Source of the DNA: a virus
Taxonomy: Duplodnaviria > Caudoviricetes
Length of the DNA stretch: 60,512 nt
Virus record (IMG/VR): IMGVR_UViG_3300011335_000429
Span: 1-60,512 of that record
Direction: 5' to 3' (one strand)
Shown: positions 20,601 to 28,590 of the stretch, in pieces
Position numbering within the stretch: position 1 is the stretch's first letter
Layout: each line of letters opens with the position of its first letter
Position numbers and translations under genes: made by a program
Notes under the pieces: generated by a model
Database searches by the model: none
What the model was told of the DNA's origin: nothing
What the model saw: the letters and a program-made list of their open reading frames with translations, nothing else

Positions 20601-20961
20601 GACTGCCCTTGACATCGGCGCACGCGCTCTGGGTTTCTACCCCGAGGCGTTTTTTCTGTCCAACGACAAGGTGCGGTTGGAAGAGTACAGTCGCGCATAT
20701 GCCAAGGAACTGTCCAGTGGATTTATCCAAATGGGTACACGCGCCGCTATCCTCCGCGACACCGATGCATTGAACGAAGTGCGTGCCTTGGTGCGTGAGC
20801 ACAACAACATATTCAAAGGCACGGAACTGTACATAGGCGAATTCAACACGAAACTGTCCGCCGCGACCAAGCTGGCGAAGAAAACGCTGGCCGAACGCGA
20901 AGTGAAATCGCTGTCGAAAGCACAGCGCCCGAGCGCGAAGTTGTTGTTTGATGAAGACTGA
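11698..20961 (+). CDS. Giant (3087 aa) polyvalent virion protein with L,D-transpeptidase-like, HExxH metallopeptidase and PLxRFG-like domains
   Basis: Gly/Ala-rich N-terminus with EGVGETGQE; AIHTVY...RISYGCIN; ETILHEYVH at 16969-16983; YAPLKRYG at about 18538. Confidence 0.8.
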   Translation: MTPQEKEKFLAWANTPDKEQYGPFGGNVRAGVANYLGGYGNLGAALGLDTQAYADRKKAEADEILSRTSGPKEFADVHGPGDFVDYLKSLAGMSVPYSAEAVVAGLTGGLGAGASLGARAVGTRAAGELAAKLATERAGLDAAGKAIAMHKIPSATIMSSLDEAAKSLGVQRGAMGGMVAGTIPSAAGDIAQNQYEEAKQYNLPAILAGAPAYAALNLLGPEALAIKGLSGAGRFLPSAADISSRAGLRGAAERAALGVVAGGTMEGVGETGQEVINQMGRMAVNPNASLTSPDALHRYYESFIGGAALGGTMSGVGGAFTKPAIQTPSDMADRVTQMHQNQEQISLGNKIDAVKREDATAVIEERDKAMRDATAAAAKTQAEEIKQVQEAAKKQQDEVVKAAETAKKEAEVKLEAKATVVSEAMKAVDADDSIADGLKALVKIKLTDLNKSLELAPPETHETILTAILAAQKGKRTNEAKALRNAVRLYSNASATVAKAPSVTPIGMGTAEEILSGKSAAELSDETQSQLDDALRASAPPVSLDGTVIDTTSLGIRKTPNFTPPILDSTEAFNLERIRRAVAGGELVTDADLFLLREADKVEANPNAQIALANEPLAPTQILPISERAASTVGKKRTRLAQEIRADLERNSSKNFSLAPTDEQTVTTQRINADADERRRVGAANAADTEANSDVLIEPPLSEVRATYNKANEQYLRALDLKNPDYALANRISDWAIKTFSKYDTSELNAPDAQGWYRSPQGTLDLVNVVNAAKEKQNARKPRSNRTNAKAGSGTDQTQSAIETIAATKADETPVQVTPEEQRDGKIKVVVDDKSGDVIIMWGNDELYRQQFATEKLLSQYKGDTLDRVIKERSNKVMGSDAFKAAYENAYQQWQEAQPLNRFEQAYLDAVKKPAGTDPMADFIVSGANSINIRRSILEGNYAPEVGSTTSVDGGKQSGDAGPVVKRNAAGKTPRARRRKGDTTQATDNESSNASAATDEANEDDQGAVTDQELTGEDVENVVDKTLVSLRKEQGLLFKKLKQAAEDSPNDVPELKLEALRATERIFQHYRDNGNVTEKRSAAKELPRIAEGITKLENELTRSIEEQESSLISGVDTNTTVIDETTDRPTPAPKERTKADLKTAADEILANGEVAAAADNREDLTNEGQAEAYAAKTAKEEAAQQAALEAAVVEENERVKAEDRAQWEAALTPGQKNELFRLAQQEQADDRVPAVGRYKDWNTKPTNTEGEEVDSASDYIYKRFSQWTAGGGSQRNWTPRADAIFSSVFTVLLDNYKTQGRIDELQRAGHIQEAQVEGLLNSADRADAARIIRAQTKMAGTGWNAAVRAKLLEMYADFQVNASKFTGRLAEILTKLGKLAVAGIMALTIAFSPTVAQRAEAMTMPTPTRVEVLETITSERPRADFQGVQAGSQVRYTADWMVRNNKNKNLPFILVDKQNGFMFAFDAGGKLYEGGKSPAITGKARADALTTAQASKGLNETTDADKVTEAGIYEATGANTKDYGQAVVVKQYDNSQMAIHTVYLGTPSENRAGRLQSANSLDKRISYGCINAPASFINDVIAPHFAGKSIVVVLPEMSTARSAFNIIDSEYETTTVDKSFSYGATEAVGNEERDPATGLPKQERRAEARSSTRRRQDNQPAQPSDPTVPAWVNEALTNPDTNSTSLLREISQDGRGTSPLYKILAEALLSFGVGDINLVYSNTEGKSAEGERIAGSFDAVTNTVTIYRGGENIETILHEYVHSVTTHLLDRAEAEYNQAVSNKTPFDSMTKEQQRLRLAYERMTKLYEEARAVLGEDPELKNAFKTLNEFVTEALTNRTLQNRMMKVQSEVGVLKPSVWRQFINAMKDFLGLDEFTGDPAFAQSVLARVLEGAPSFLGSIEDTVVYSGSESVNYQTIPGGSITSAFTATRPGVPPAEFGYDAINQAREKGDDQTSQERTGEWMRRGKEMLSDGISHFNNVRYVASRSFGYSKIYDLAETYNSIKLTLQTVFNAKLARLMAMPKASRDKIGKYIYYTTIRKGDGLTPSDIMYYMQNRNEPIYEEQKDGTAVAVQAMKERGMFSEAELKNVQDSLDGKPMPQMTEAEYKAYKDTMEAMMDGAASLYYGEYLADAESTADYLNSQRLGIPNTDAGKKVDELVADLRRRVMEYAEKNIGIDPATGVVTAASDETIKKLIELDENLYGVITANANDPQMQQVAQALDMTVDELRTAAKDINDGAKSKAPDRARRITNSIMISGLDRPQLMSQRIFAVESILGGYAPLKRYGKYIVNLSYKDGDGNLIPADQVDDSFAKLLPIYADDDLEFMKKSRDFMVDTYKDVAYPILLKNGEVVENATIEVGKVEAKRTAKRVSDRIQYREIMRALDKLGIKLSLDQRTKAVKATTDADSAVRQHLKRVGRPGASEDFVTAVSEDLSRRSALIAARRIAPQMESVMADVNGEYWGDGTAQIAKMEEALASARARGNKALITIAEHDLSGTKRLYEAQQGVHRGKPRDAAQEFVTWFFKEGGSDDSNQFASQVRSVTTVVQIGLAFASAVTNLTSLPLHALSGLATYNDKTGFGGGFGEINSAKALIKAVKVLSPVMMKSAAQLWNTETFFAHTWLADQVKAAEAKNAGKKVGEKNILHNGYSLDAWKFIQIQSESGVTAPQNVNAMMGSASKKVYGSKGDEIMGRAMALFAATEEMNRMATLLASYELYNERAAAAGMDNTINPLTQSSPRQDYVGKAAVKMVFDTQGAYSQANRPKLFRSGVMSMVYMYKTFAVTTLELLRNLPPRGRLLFLGILHMFSGAQGIPLFEELITLIDIISQRFGMGNSITKGNAERELNLFLKAWGNELGVPLDKIAMHGILDTMTGTKFFGRAGVNVGIPFLGLGRAGADVEKEFGKALGAPIGAVGGTVRSLGALARGDFERAAKENPVTGLKNFADAYLYYKYDNVLNKRGQIVIKEPTALDIGARALGFYPEAFFLSNDKVRLEEYSRAYAKELSSGFIQMGTRAAILRDTDALNEVRALVREHNNIFKGTELYIGEFNTKLSAATKLAKKTLAEREVKSLSKAQRPSAKLLFDED

Positions 20962-20963
20962 CA

Positions 20964-21254
20964 ATGGCGACTGACGAAGAACTACTGAACCAGCGTTTTA
21001 GCGACGCGGAACAAGGTGAATTCATTACGCGCTTGCGCGAGATGTTGCGTATGTCGGGGAGTGGTGGAGTAGGACAAGGGATTTTGTCGGGGGGAGGGCG
21101 CGTAGCGTTGGATATACCCGTTGATAAACAATCAACGGTTTCACCCTACGTTCGTGGTGGTGGGGCGATTGGGTCGGTAAATACCCCAGAAGGCAAAATG
21201 CGCATTAAAGAATTCAACCCTGAGTTTGGAATTAATTACATGCGTAGGTGGTAA
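20964..21254 (+). CDS. Hypothetical protein, beta-strand-rich with C-terminal Trp
   Basis: ORF tightly packed in the + operon. Confidence 0.6.
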   Translation: MATDEELLNQRFSDAEQGEFITRLREMLRMSGSGGVGQGILSGGGRVALDIPVDKQSTVSPYVRGGGAIGSVNTPEGKMRIKEFNPEFGINYMRRW

Positions 21255-21260
21255 CTGACG

Positions 21261-22013
21261 ATGGCTAAATATTCCGACGAAGAATTCAGACGGGTAATTG
21301 CTGCAGTGCGACAAGCCGAGAGTGGGGGGAATCGCCACGCGTACAATCCTAATTCTGGTGCGATGGGTTCTATGCAGACCATGCCGGAAACATTGCGTAA
21401 ACCGGGGTATGGGGTAAAGCCTGCAACCGATAACAGTCCCAATGAACAGGAACGTGTTGGTGTGGACTACTTGAAGGCAATGCTGAATAAGTACGCCACG
21501 TTGCCCGAAGCCTTGGCTGCGTATAACCACGGGCCGGGAAACGTTGACAAACGCGGTATGGGAGCCTTACCAGCCGAGACTCAGAACTACATCTCCAAGG
21601 TATCTAAAATGGCGGGGATGTCTCCCAGCTTTCAGGCTGATGTCAGGAAAAGCGAACCGACCGCCCTGTCCGTAGCGGCTGCAACACCAAACCCGTCGAT
21701 GCCGCCAGCGCAGCCACCCGTGGCAAGCGCCGAGCCTGTGCGGGGTACTCAGGTGTCAACCGCGCCCGAAACCGCTCCTGCGCCCCCTGCAGCCGCTTCT
21801 GTGGCGACTGCCCCGGCACAAGTTATAACTCCCCCCGCAGCACAGGTGCCCGACTTCACCGCGCAGATTGCCAAGATGCGGGAAATGTACGAGCGGGAAA
21901 TGTACGAGCCTGACCGGACGAAGCGTACAATGGAGTTGATGGCAAACGCTGCCCCAAAGTCCCAGACCGAACAGCTTTTTGATGCAATGCGGAAAAAGCA
22001 ATTTCAGATGTAA
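21261..22013 (+). CDS. Lytic transglycosylase (SLT domain) with Pro/Ala-rich tail
   Basis: AESGG, GAMGSMQTMPET and ALAAYNHGPG motifs. Confidence 0.9.
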   Translation: MAKYSDEEFRRVIAAVRQAESGGNRHAYNPNSGAMGSMQTMPETLRKPGYGVKPATDNSPNEQERVGVDYLKAMLNKYATLPEALAAYNHGPGNVDKRGMGALPAETQNYISKVSKMAGMSPSFQADVRKSEPTALSVAAATPNPSMPPAQPPVASAEPVRGTQVSTAPETAPAPPAAASVATAPAQVITPPAAQVPDFTAQIAKMREMYEREMYEPDRTKRTMELMANAAPKSQTEQLFDAMRKKQFQM

Positions 22014-22062
22014 CGGCTTGACCCCTGCGCACATTCTCCTCCCCCCGTGACGCAGGGTCTTT

Positions 22063-22101
22063 GCCCCCGGTGCTGAATATGCCGCGCCGGGGGCTTTTTT
22101 T
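22063..22101 (+). terminator. Rho-independent terminator where the two arms converge
   Basis: GCCCCCGGTGC / GCGCCGGGGGC stem followed by a T7 run. Confidence 0.85.
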
Positions 22102-24997
22102 ACTTATGCAGCTTCAGCACGTTGGTGCGTGTATCTGTCGTTGTAGCTGTACTGCTGACAGGGGCCAGCATACCGCGCAGTTTCTCGTGGGTTAGATCAA
22201 ACCCAATCACCCTGACCTGACCCAGCTTCATGTTTGAATCCTTACCCATGTAAATCTTGCCCCATTTATTCGGGCGGAACTCGGCACCGTCGCGGCACAC
22301 TGTCTCCACGATGCGCTTCATATCGTACCCGGTCTGGATAAGCCACTTCTGGAAGTGGAACTTGTCGAAGAACATGCTGCCCCGTTCTGGCTGACCCGCA
22401 GTATTGATGTAGATTTCCTTGCGAATACGCACTTCGCCACGCGGTGCAGGGTCTTGCGTAACTGGGTAGCCCTTGCCGTAGGACACGGTAAGACAGGCAC
22501 CGTTGAATTCGTTCTGGTACTCCGCTATCAGATCGTAGGTGTCGAGCGCACCGCTTGCAATATGCACCCGCTGGATCGGCAGTTGGTCAAGCGCCCACCG
22601 GGTGGCAGCGTCTGCATCGAACAAAATCAACCCCATCTCGTTTGCCAGCGTGATACCCAGATGGTGCAGCACAATCGCCATCTTCCAGTACCGTTCTATG
22701 GCACCAAATATAGCGCCGTAGTGTTCAGCTATGTACAACTCGGTTGCCTTGATACGCCGATTAATTTCCGGCGCTCCCATTTTCAGTAAGCCGACTATAA
22801 ATTCGTGACCGGCGTACCCGTAGTTATTCCAAATGATTTCGCGCACCTTGGCACCCATGTTCTTGGGGCCGTTAAACATGATGTTTTCTTCAAAAGTAAA
22901 TTCCAGCACACGCATCGACACCGCTTCGCTCTGACTACCGTGCATACTCTTTTCACGAAACGGTTTGTTGGTAGATACGTACACGGGCAGCGCCCAGATG
23001 CGTGGGATCGCTTCGGTTTTCCTGTTCTTGTCCCGCCCCTCCGTTGCCCAGTACGCCAAGTCACTGGCTTGTTCGGGGGGCATATCCGTGACTTCATCGA
23101 TGGTGATTGGCATATGCGCCATCATGCCCATGCGGTCGGCGTAACCCATCTGCGTACCCCTGCCGATGCCAAGGATGTGCTGGTTGCCGTACACCGAGTT
23201 GATCCATTCCAGCATGGCTGACTTACCCAGACCAGTCTCGCCCAACAGGGATACCATGATGCCCTTCAGCCCGGTAAGCTGCACTAGCGGCGCGGCGAAC
23301 GCTCCGCCAAGGGCAAATGCGTGTCCTGCCAGTGTCGGGTGGCTCAGTCCCTTAGTCAGTGCCTTCCACAGTTTGGCATCACCCTTGGGCACGAACGCCT
23401 TGTCAAACCCCTTGTTTGAAATTACCTTGGACATACCAACTTCTATCGAATCCACCCCGCCCTTGTCGTTCCTCCGGTATTCAATGTTGCCGATGACGAA
23501 TGACTTGTGATCGTTCTTCCATCCAAATGAGTCGTACAGTTCAGATGAGGCTTGATGTTTTTGAAGTTGCTGCAGATATGCACGCATATACCGCCCTATA
23601 TTGCCAGTCTGTTTTACATCCATGAGCAGAAAGCTGTTTTCTGCGAGGCTTTTTATTAGTTCATCCGGTTTGGTAGCGAACATGGCCGAGTTGCGAATCC
23701 GCATCTTGACGTACCCGGCGTGCGGTTTGTCCCACACCCACACACTTTCATCGAACCCGTTGGCAGGGTCACGGACAATCTGAATCGGAAACAGGTCGTA
23801 GTTGCTTATCTGTACCGACACGCCAGCAACTTGGGCATAGATGCCATCTACAGCGCGGAGAAATTCAATTGACGGTTCTGCAAAGGGAGAGGGTTGGGAT
23901 TCGTCTACTTCGGCATCAGGTGCGGGGGCGGCTATTTTCTCCGGTGCTGGTGCACCCAACTGTGCTGGGCTTGCTATTAGCTTATTGAACTGACATTTAC
24001 TGCACACACCGGATTTCAGTTCGTCGAATTTAGCGCATGTAGCGGGGCCAGTCGTCTTGCTAGTCCACTGCCTGAGTTTCGCTATCGTCCCTTCTGGTGT
24101 GAATGTCTCGTGCCCCTTACTCCAATTGATCGCCACTGCCTCGGGGTCGATACAGGCTGACGCCACGCCCATCAATGCATACCACTCGGGTTCTGGTATA
24201 CCCGCACCCCCCGCTGATGTCAGGCGCTTTATATGGGCGCAGTTGGCGACGATCTTGTCGGGGTCAGAGGGTGGGTATGTTGTACCCTCAAGCAATGCGT
24301 CAACCAGTGCGCTGCGTGCAATTGGAACCGGTTGTGCTGGCGGGAGCGCAGCATTCACGGTTCGTTCGCTAGTGCCAATAATCGTCAGGAGAGTGTCGAA
24401 ATCAAACGGCCCAGCATCACGAAGCAGTGCTACCGTATTGCCGCCTTTGAAATTCGTAGTACCAATGGGACGCAGTACCATCGACGCGTCGTGGATTTTA
24501 GACCAATCGACTTCAAACCCGTATTGCTTGCACAGAGCACGCAACCCTAAGCCAGCGGCGACCCATTGGGGTTTCAAGATCGCGGCGTTAAGCGTCCAGT
24601 AGCAATGCAGTCCATTGCCACTGGATACAATCATTGGTAATGGAAGACGGGATGCTTTCAGGAATTTGACTAACTCCTGCAGTCCAACGTTCTGGTCGAT
24701 GTACGGTTTGTCTTCGCCGCAGTCAATATCAAGGGCCAGCGTTTTGAATGCTACGGCTTGATCGCCCCTGCGTTGCCAGATGTCCTTGCCGTTTTCATTA
24801 GGCCCATAGTTATCGGTGAACACGCCTAGTGCGTAGTATGCGGTCAAACCCTTTGCACTTGCCTTCAGGCTGGCTTGTGCCAGTTCTTCTATCGTACTGA
24901 ACCCTTCGTTCCACAACCTCTTCTTTTTGTATGTTCCTACATAAGTACCAAATGTCTGATCCGGCAATACCCGTGTTAAAAATTCTAAGCAATCCAT
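22100..24997 (-). CDS. Primase-helicase (AEP-type primase, PriCT-like, DUF927, P-loop NTPase)
   Basis: LDID and SSGNGLHCYW primase motifs; CxxF...CxxC; FGW; Walker A GETGLGKS; IDE Walker B. Likely start MDCLEFL at 24997. Confidence 0.85.
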   Translation of the reverse strand: MDCLEFLTRVLPDQTFGTYVGTYKKKRLWNEGFSTIEELAQASLKASAKGLTAYYALGVFTDNYGPNENGKDIWQRRGDQAVAFKTLALDIDCGEDKPYIDQNVGLQELVKFLKASRLPLPMIVSSGNGLHCYWTLNAAILKPQWVAAGLGLRALCKQYGFEVDWSKIHDASMVLRPIGTTNFKGGNTVALLRDAGPFDFDTLLTIIGTSERTVNAALPPAQPVPIARSALVDALLEGTTYPPSDPDKIVANCAHIKRLTSAGGAGIPEPEWYALMGVASACIDPEAVAINWSKGHETFTPEGTIAKLRQWTSKTTGPATCAKFDELKSGVCSKCQFNKLIASPAQLGAPAPEKIAAPAPDAEVDESQPSPFAEPSIEFLRAVDGIYAQVAGVSVQISNYDLFPIQIVRDPANGFDESVWVWDKPHAGYVKMRIRNSAMFATKPDELIKSLAENSFLLMDVKQTGNIGRYMRAYLQQLQKHQASSELYDSFGWKNDHKSFVIGNIEYRRNDKGGVDSIEVGMSKVISNKGFDKAFVPKGDAKLWKALTKGLSHPTLAGHAFALGGAFAAPLVQLTGLKGIMVSLLGETGLGKSAMLEWINSVYGNQHILGIGRGTQMGYADRMGMMAHMPITIDEVTDMPPEQASDLAYWATEGRDKNRKTEAIPRIWALPVYVSTNKPFREKSMHGSQSEAVSMRVLEFTFEENIMFNGPKNMGAKVREIIWNNYGYAGHEFIVGLLKMGAPEINRRIKATELYIAEHYGAIFGAIERYWKMAIVLHHLGITLANEMGLILFDADAATRWALDQLPIQRVHIASGALDTYDLIAEYQNEFNGACLTVSYGKGYPVTQDPAPRGEVRIRKEIYINTAGQPERGSMFFDKFHFQKWLIQTGYDMKRIVETVCRDGAEFRPNKWGKIYMGKDSNMKLGQVRVIGFDLTHEKLRGMLAPVSSTATTTDTRTNVLKLHK

Positions 24998-25023
24998 AAG
25001 AGAACTCCATGCGAATAAGGGAA

Positions 25024-25057
25024 GGCGGGGGAGACTGAAGATACTCGTTCCCCCGCC
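25024..25057 (-). terminator. GC-rich hairpin between the ssDNA-binding-like and primase genes
   Basis: GGCGGGGGA...TCCCCCGCC inverted repeat; no clear U tract. Confidence 0.4.
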
Positions 25058-25083
25058 CCGGATCAACCTAGCTAATTACAAAC

Positions 25084-26139
25084 TTACTTGAGCAGGCTAT
25101 CCAGTTCCGCTTCCAAATCGGCCATAGAATTGGCACCCGAGACAGTACCAGATGATACTGGAGCTTGTTGGATAGGTTGTGCAGGTGCAGCATTACCAAA
25201 TCCACTGGGCATCCCCTGTTGTATTTGTGCATCAGCTTTCGGGGGACGACCGCGCCGCTTGGGTGCTTCGGATGGCGCTTCAACTTCTACTGCCGGTGCT
25301 GTCGTAGTGCCCCCAAAACCGTTGGGTTTGGCTTGTTGCAGCAAAACGGGGGCGGGTGTCGGATTCATTTCAGCCGGATTAGTCAAAGGGGGGCCAAGCA
25401 CATCTACTTTCTTCGCCCCTACCGCCCGTGGTGCACTAGAACGACCCAACATACCCAGTACATCCTGAACATCCACCGATTCCTTCTTTTCCTGAATCTT
25501 CGGATAGAGTTGTTCCGCTACAAATCCAGCAAACGCAAACTGGAGCAACGGGTAGGACGCAGCAGCATCAAATGTCAGGCGGGTACGCACCATATCCGGC
25601 TCGTAACCACGCATGGTGAGGTCTTTCACGTACTTGGTCAGATTGCGCATGGACGCAGCCGGAACCACCATCAGGTACGTTTTGGTCGGATCGTCAGCCG
25701 GAACCACGGCAATGCGGCGGGAGTCGCTGCACGCCTTGATTTCAGTACCCTGCGGAGTCAGCTTCGACCCCCACTGGTTCTTCGGACACGTTGCACAAAT
25801 GTCATTCTGCGGAGCGACCGAATCCGCTTCGGGTTTCACACCCAACACAGAGTGGCAGTCAGGTGCGGTCGGCTCGTCGCCGGGGTTCCAAGGCTTGATG
25901 TAAAACATCTTCGACACGCCCGGTACGGCACCAACAATCACCGTATCAAGGAACAACTGATCCAGAACGAATTCGTCCTGACCTTCACGAATGCGGAACC
26001 GCCCTTGCTTCAGGGAAATGCGCGGCACACTGGTCGGTGCGCCAACTAACAGCGATGCTACGAGACTGGATGAAGCACCCTCCCTCCCTTGCATGTAAGC
26101 GGGGAGTTGTGAGGCGTTCAATGCGGGTAGAGTTTCCAT
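25084..26139 (-). CDS. Putative ssDNA-binding/annealing protein with Zn motif
   Basis: PRISLKQGRF, PDC, CATCPKNQWGS, KAC motifs; low-complexity linker and acidic C-terminus; in the replication module. Confidence 0.6.
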   Translation of the reverse strand: METLPALNASQLPAYMQGREGASSSLVASLLVGAPTSVPRISLKQGRFRIREGQDEFVLDQLFLDTVIVGAVPGVSKMFYIKPWNPGDEPTAPDCHSVLGVKPEADSVAPQNDICATCPKNQWGSKLTPQGTEIKACSDSRRIAVVPADDPTKTYLMVVPAASMRNLTKYVKDLTMRGYEPDMVRTRLTFDAAASYPLLQFAFAGFVAEQLYPKIQEKKESVDVQDVLGMLGRSSAPRAVGAKKVDVLGPPLTNPAEMNPTPAPVLLQQAKPNGFGGTTTAPAVEVEAPSEAPKRRGRPPKADAQIQQGMPSGFGNAAPAQPIQQAPVSSGTVSGANSMADLEAELDSLLK

Positions 26140-26153
26140 TCTGTTTTACCTTC

Positions 26154-26549
26154 CTATTTTGCAGTTGGCTTGCGAACATTCAGTACACGTTTGGTGCCGT
26201 AGTTAATTCCCGGCGGCACCTCTTTGGTATCATTAATAATTGATCGTACTGCTGTTTTGGATACACGTTTCTCCAATAAGTCCCACGCCTCCTTTCCGAT
26301 AATGTATTCAAGGGTGACAGTCCAGTCTGCTACCTGCGCAAAATCAACGGTCGTAAAGTACGCTGTACCTGCGGCGGTTTTAAATGATTCAACACCATCT
26401 TGGTCTGCCTTCAGCCGCAGCCACGCATCCAGCTTTGACATGCTCTGCTCTACGGCATTCACACGTTCCTTCGCTTCAGCTTCAATCCGTGCTACTTCAT
26501 CTCGCATTTCAATGTACTTTGCTACAACAATATCAACCGTAATGGTCAT
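26154..26549 (-). CDS. Conserved coiled-coil replication/recombination-module protein
   Basis: N-terminal coiled coil; KTAAGTAY, DW, LLEKRVS and PPG motifs. Confidence 0.6.
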   Translation of the reverse strand: MTITVDIVVAKYIEMRDEVARIEAEAKERVNAVEQSMSKLDAWLRLKADQDGVESFKTAAGTAYFTTVDFAQVADWTVTLEYIIGKEAWDLLEKRVSKTAVRSIINDTKEVPPGINYGTKRVLNVRKPTAK

Positions 26550-28105
26550 AGGAACTCCTCTTGGTTTTCGATCAATTCCAACAATAAACCCTGCATCGAC
26601 TGCCGATCCCGCAGGCGTTTAAAGGCGCGTCGTTCTACCTCCGTTGCTTCAATGTGAATAATCTGTGTTTTAAGTAATTGCTTCGGCCCTTTAATGCGAT
26701 CATTGGCCTGCTCATACGTTTCGTTGCTGTTCGTCGGCCCCGCCCAGATGATCGTAGTCGCGGGGGTCATGTCCAAACCGTGTTGCATACACCGAGCGTC
26801 CGCCACCAAGACACGCAGGTTCTTGTCGTCAACGAATGACTTGAAGATCAAGTTGCGTTGGTTTCTGGATACTGCGCCGTTGACAACCGCCACCTTGAAG
26901 TGCTTGCTCAACGCTTCTGCAATGCTGTGAAGCGCCGCAGTGAACGGCACAAAGATCAGTACCTTCTCGCTGCACTCTTCGATGACTTCGCGGATCACGT
27001 CGATGCGTGGTGAGCAGTCAACCGGTACCGTACCCCCATCATCTGTATACACCCCACCGAGCAAAATCTGAAGAAGTTTCTGCACCTTCGACGCTTCATT
27101 CACTGCCGTAATCTGTTGTCCCTTAACCTCAGTGACAAGCTGGCGCATCATGGACAGGAACATCTTCTTTTGCATCGGAGTCAGGTCGCACTGCCGTGTC
27201 TCGTACATCGTGTCCGGTAGGTCGAAACAGTCTTCCCGTGTATAGCGGATACTCGGTTGCAGGTACTGGCTGACAATCTGTTCAGCGCCCGGTCGTGGCT
27301 TCCATGTCCACATGGCGATCTTCATCATCACCTGCTCACGAAACAGCGTGTGTCGTGGCAAACCGGGTGCCTTCAACAACTTGCACAGTGCCCAAGCATC
27401 CGTTGGTTCGTTTGGTGTAGGTGTACCCGTCAACAGCCACAAACGAAGGTCGGGGTGCTCATCCATAAAGTTATGAAAGTGCCTGAACCGAATCGTTGAC
27501 GGGTTACGCAGCACCGCCGCCTCATCGTATATAACCAAGTCGATGTCGTCGGGCAGTGAATCTTTGATGATGGAAAATCCATCGTGGTTCACAACGTAGA
27601 AGTCAGCGGGTTGCTGCAGCAGTTTCAACCGACGAGCACGATCACCGTACAGCACCACACCCTTACGCCACCAGAAGCTGGTGAATATCTCCGCAGCCCA
27701 TACCATATCCATCGTGGACATAGGACATACGATCAGCACCTTGCGAACTAATTTCTGGTGCATTAGGTAGTCTGCCGTCCACAGGCAGCTATTGGTTTTC
27801 CCGGTACGTGGGGCATTCAAGATCGCCGCACGCTGGTGGTAGGTCAGGAACTCGGATGTAACGCGCTGGTGGGCGAACGGATTGTACTTGCCTTGCGCTT
27901 TGGGCCAGTTGTACTGATACCCCATCGGACTTGGGACGGAGATACCAAGGTTACGCAGCACCTTCGTTTCGTCAAGGTTGTGGGGGATATACAGCAACCC
28001 CTGACCCTTGTATTGGAAAGGTCTGGCACTCGGTATGCAACTGGTAATCTGCGCCGCGTTGTCCGGTTTAAGGACAATTGCCCTGCGACTTTCAACAATT
28101 AGCAT
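26546..28105 (-). CDS. SF2 (SNF2-like) helicase
   Basis: RTGKT, YDEA, LTGTP, HGLDMT and QANDRI motifs. Confidence 0.9.
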   Translation of the reverse strand: MLIVESRRAIVLKPDNAAQITSCIPSARPFQYKGQGLLYIPHNLDETKVLRNLGISVPSPMGYQYNWPKAQGKYNPFAHQRVTSEFLTYHQRAAILNAPRTGKTNSCLWTADYLMHQKLVRKVLIVCPMSTMDMVWAAEIFTSFWWRKGVVLYGDRARRLKLLQQPADFYVVNHDGFSIIKDSLPDDIDLVIYDEAAVLRNPSTIRFRHFHNFMDEHPDLRLWLLTGTPTPNEPTDAWALCKLLKAPGLPRHTLFREQVMMKIAMWTWKPRPGAEQIVSQYLQPSIRYTREDCFDLPDTMYETRQCDLTPMQKKMFLSMMRQLVTEVKGQQITAVNEASKVQKLLQILLGGVYTDDGGTVPVDCSPRIDVIREVIEECSEKVLIFVPFTAALHSIAEALSKHFKVAVVNGAVSRNQRNLIFKSFVDDKNLRVLVADARCMQHGLDMTPATTIIWAGPTNSNETYEQANDRIKGPKQLLKTQIIHIEATEVERRAFKRLRDRQSMQGLLLELIENQEEFL

Positions 28106-28376
28106 ACAACCACTGCTCCAGAATTGTGTAATCGGAACCGTCGATTACCATGACGGTGCCACCCGCTTCTTTGATACTGTGCATGGTGATGACCTGTCGC
28201 GGCGTTGGTTTGCCACCGGGTGCTTTCGTTTCTATTGCCAAATACAACCCGTTTGCACAGCAGATGAAATCCAGTGAGGGCGAACCCATTCCGTTTTGTA
28301 CGGGCATGTGCCAGTACACGTTGTGCTTTTTAAGTAGCGCCTTGACCTTATCCTTAACCTTACCCTCTGGCGTCAT
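28092..28376 (-). CDS. VRR-NUC domain nuclease
   Basis: TPEGKVK, LDF, IETKAPG and PTPRQ motifs. Confidence 0.9.
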   Translation of the reverse strand: MTPEGKVKDKVKALLKKHNVYWHMPVQNGMGSPSLDFICCANGLYLAIETKAPGGKPTPRQVITMHSIKEAGGTVMVIDGSDYTILEQWLYANC

Positions 28377-28377
28377 T

Positions 28378-28590
28378 TTATTTCTTCCCTGTTTTGCTAT
28401 CGTCTTTCAGGAACGTAATTTCTGGCTTTTCTTTACACAGTGCGTAGTATTCAATCTGAACTTTGGCGCTGTTAATCATCTTCCCTGCGATGTTGGCAAA
28501 CTCCGCTGCCTTTTGTGGGGTGATGGTGCCTGCTACAAGTTCTCCCCAAACAATCGAAAGGTTATCCCTAAGTTTATTTACTGAGTTCAT
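28378..28590 (-). CDS. Hypothetical helical protein
   Basis: ANIAGKMINSAKVQIEY; overlaps the upstream gene. Confidence 0.65.
   Translation of the reverse strand: MNSVNKLRDNLSIVWGELVAGTITPQKAAEFANIAGKMINSAKVQIEYYALCKEKPEITFLKDDSKTGKK

Noticed and set aside
24998-25066. N-terminal extension of the primase in the ORF track
   Set aside because: Overlaps an intergenic hairpin; a GGAG RBS supports the start at 24997.
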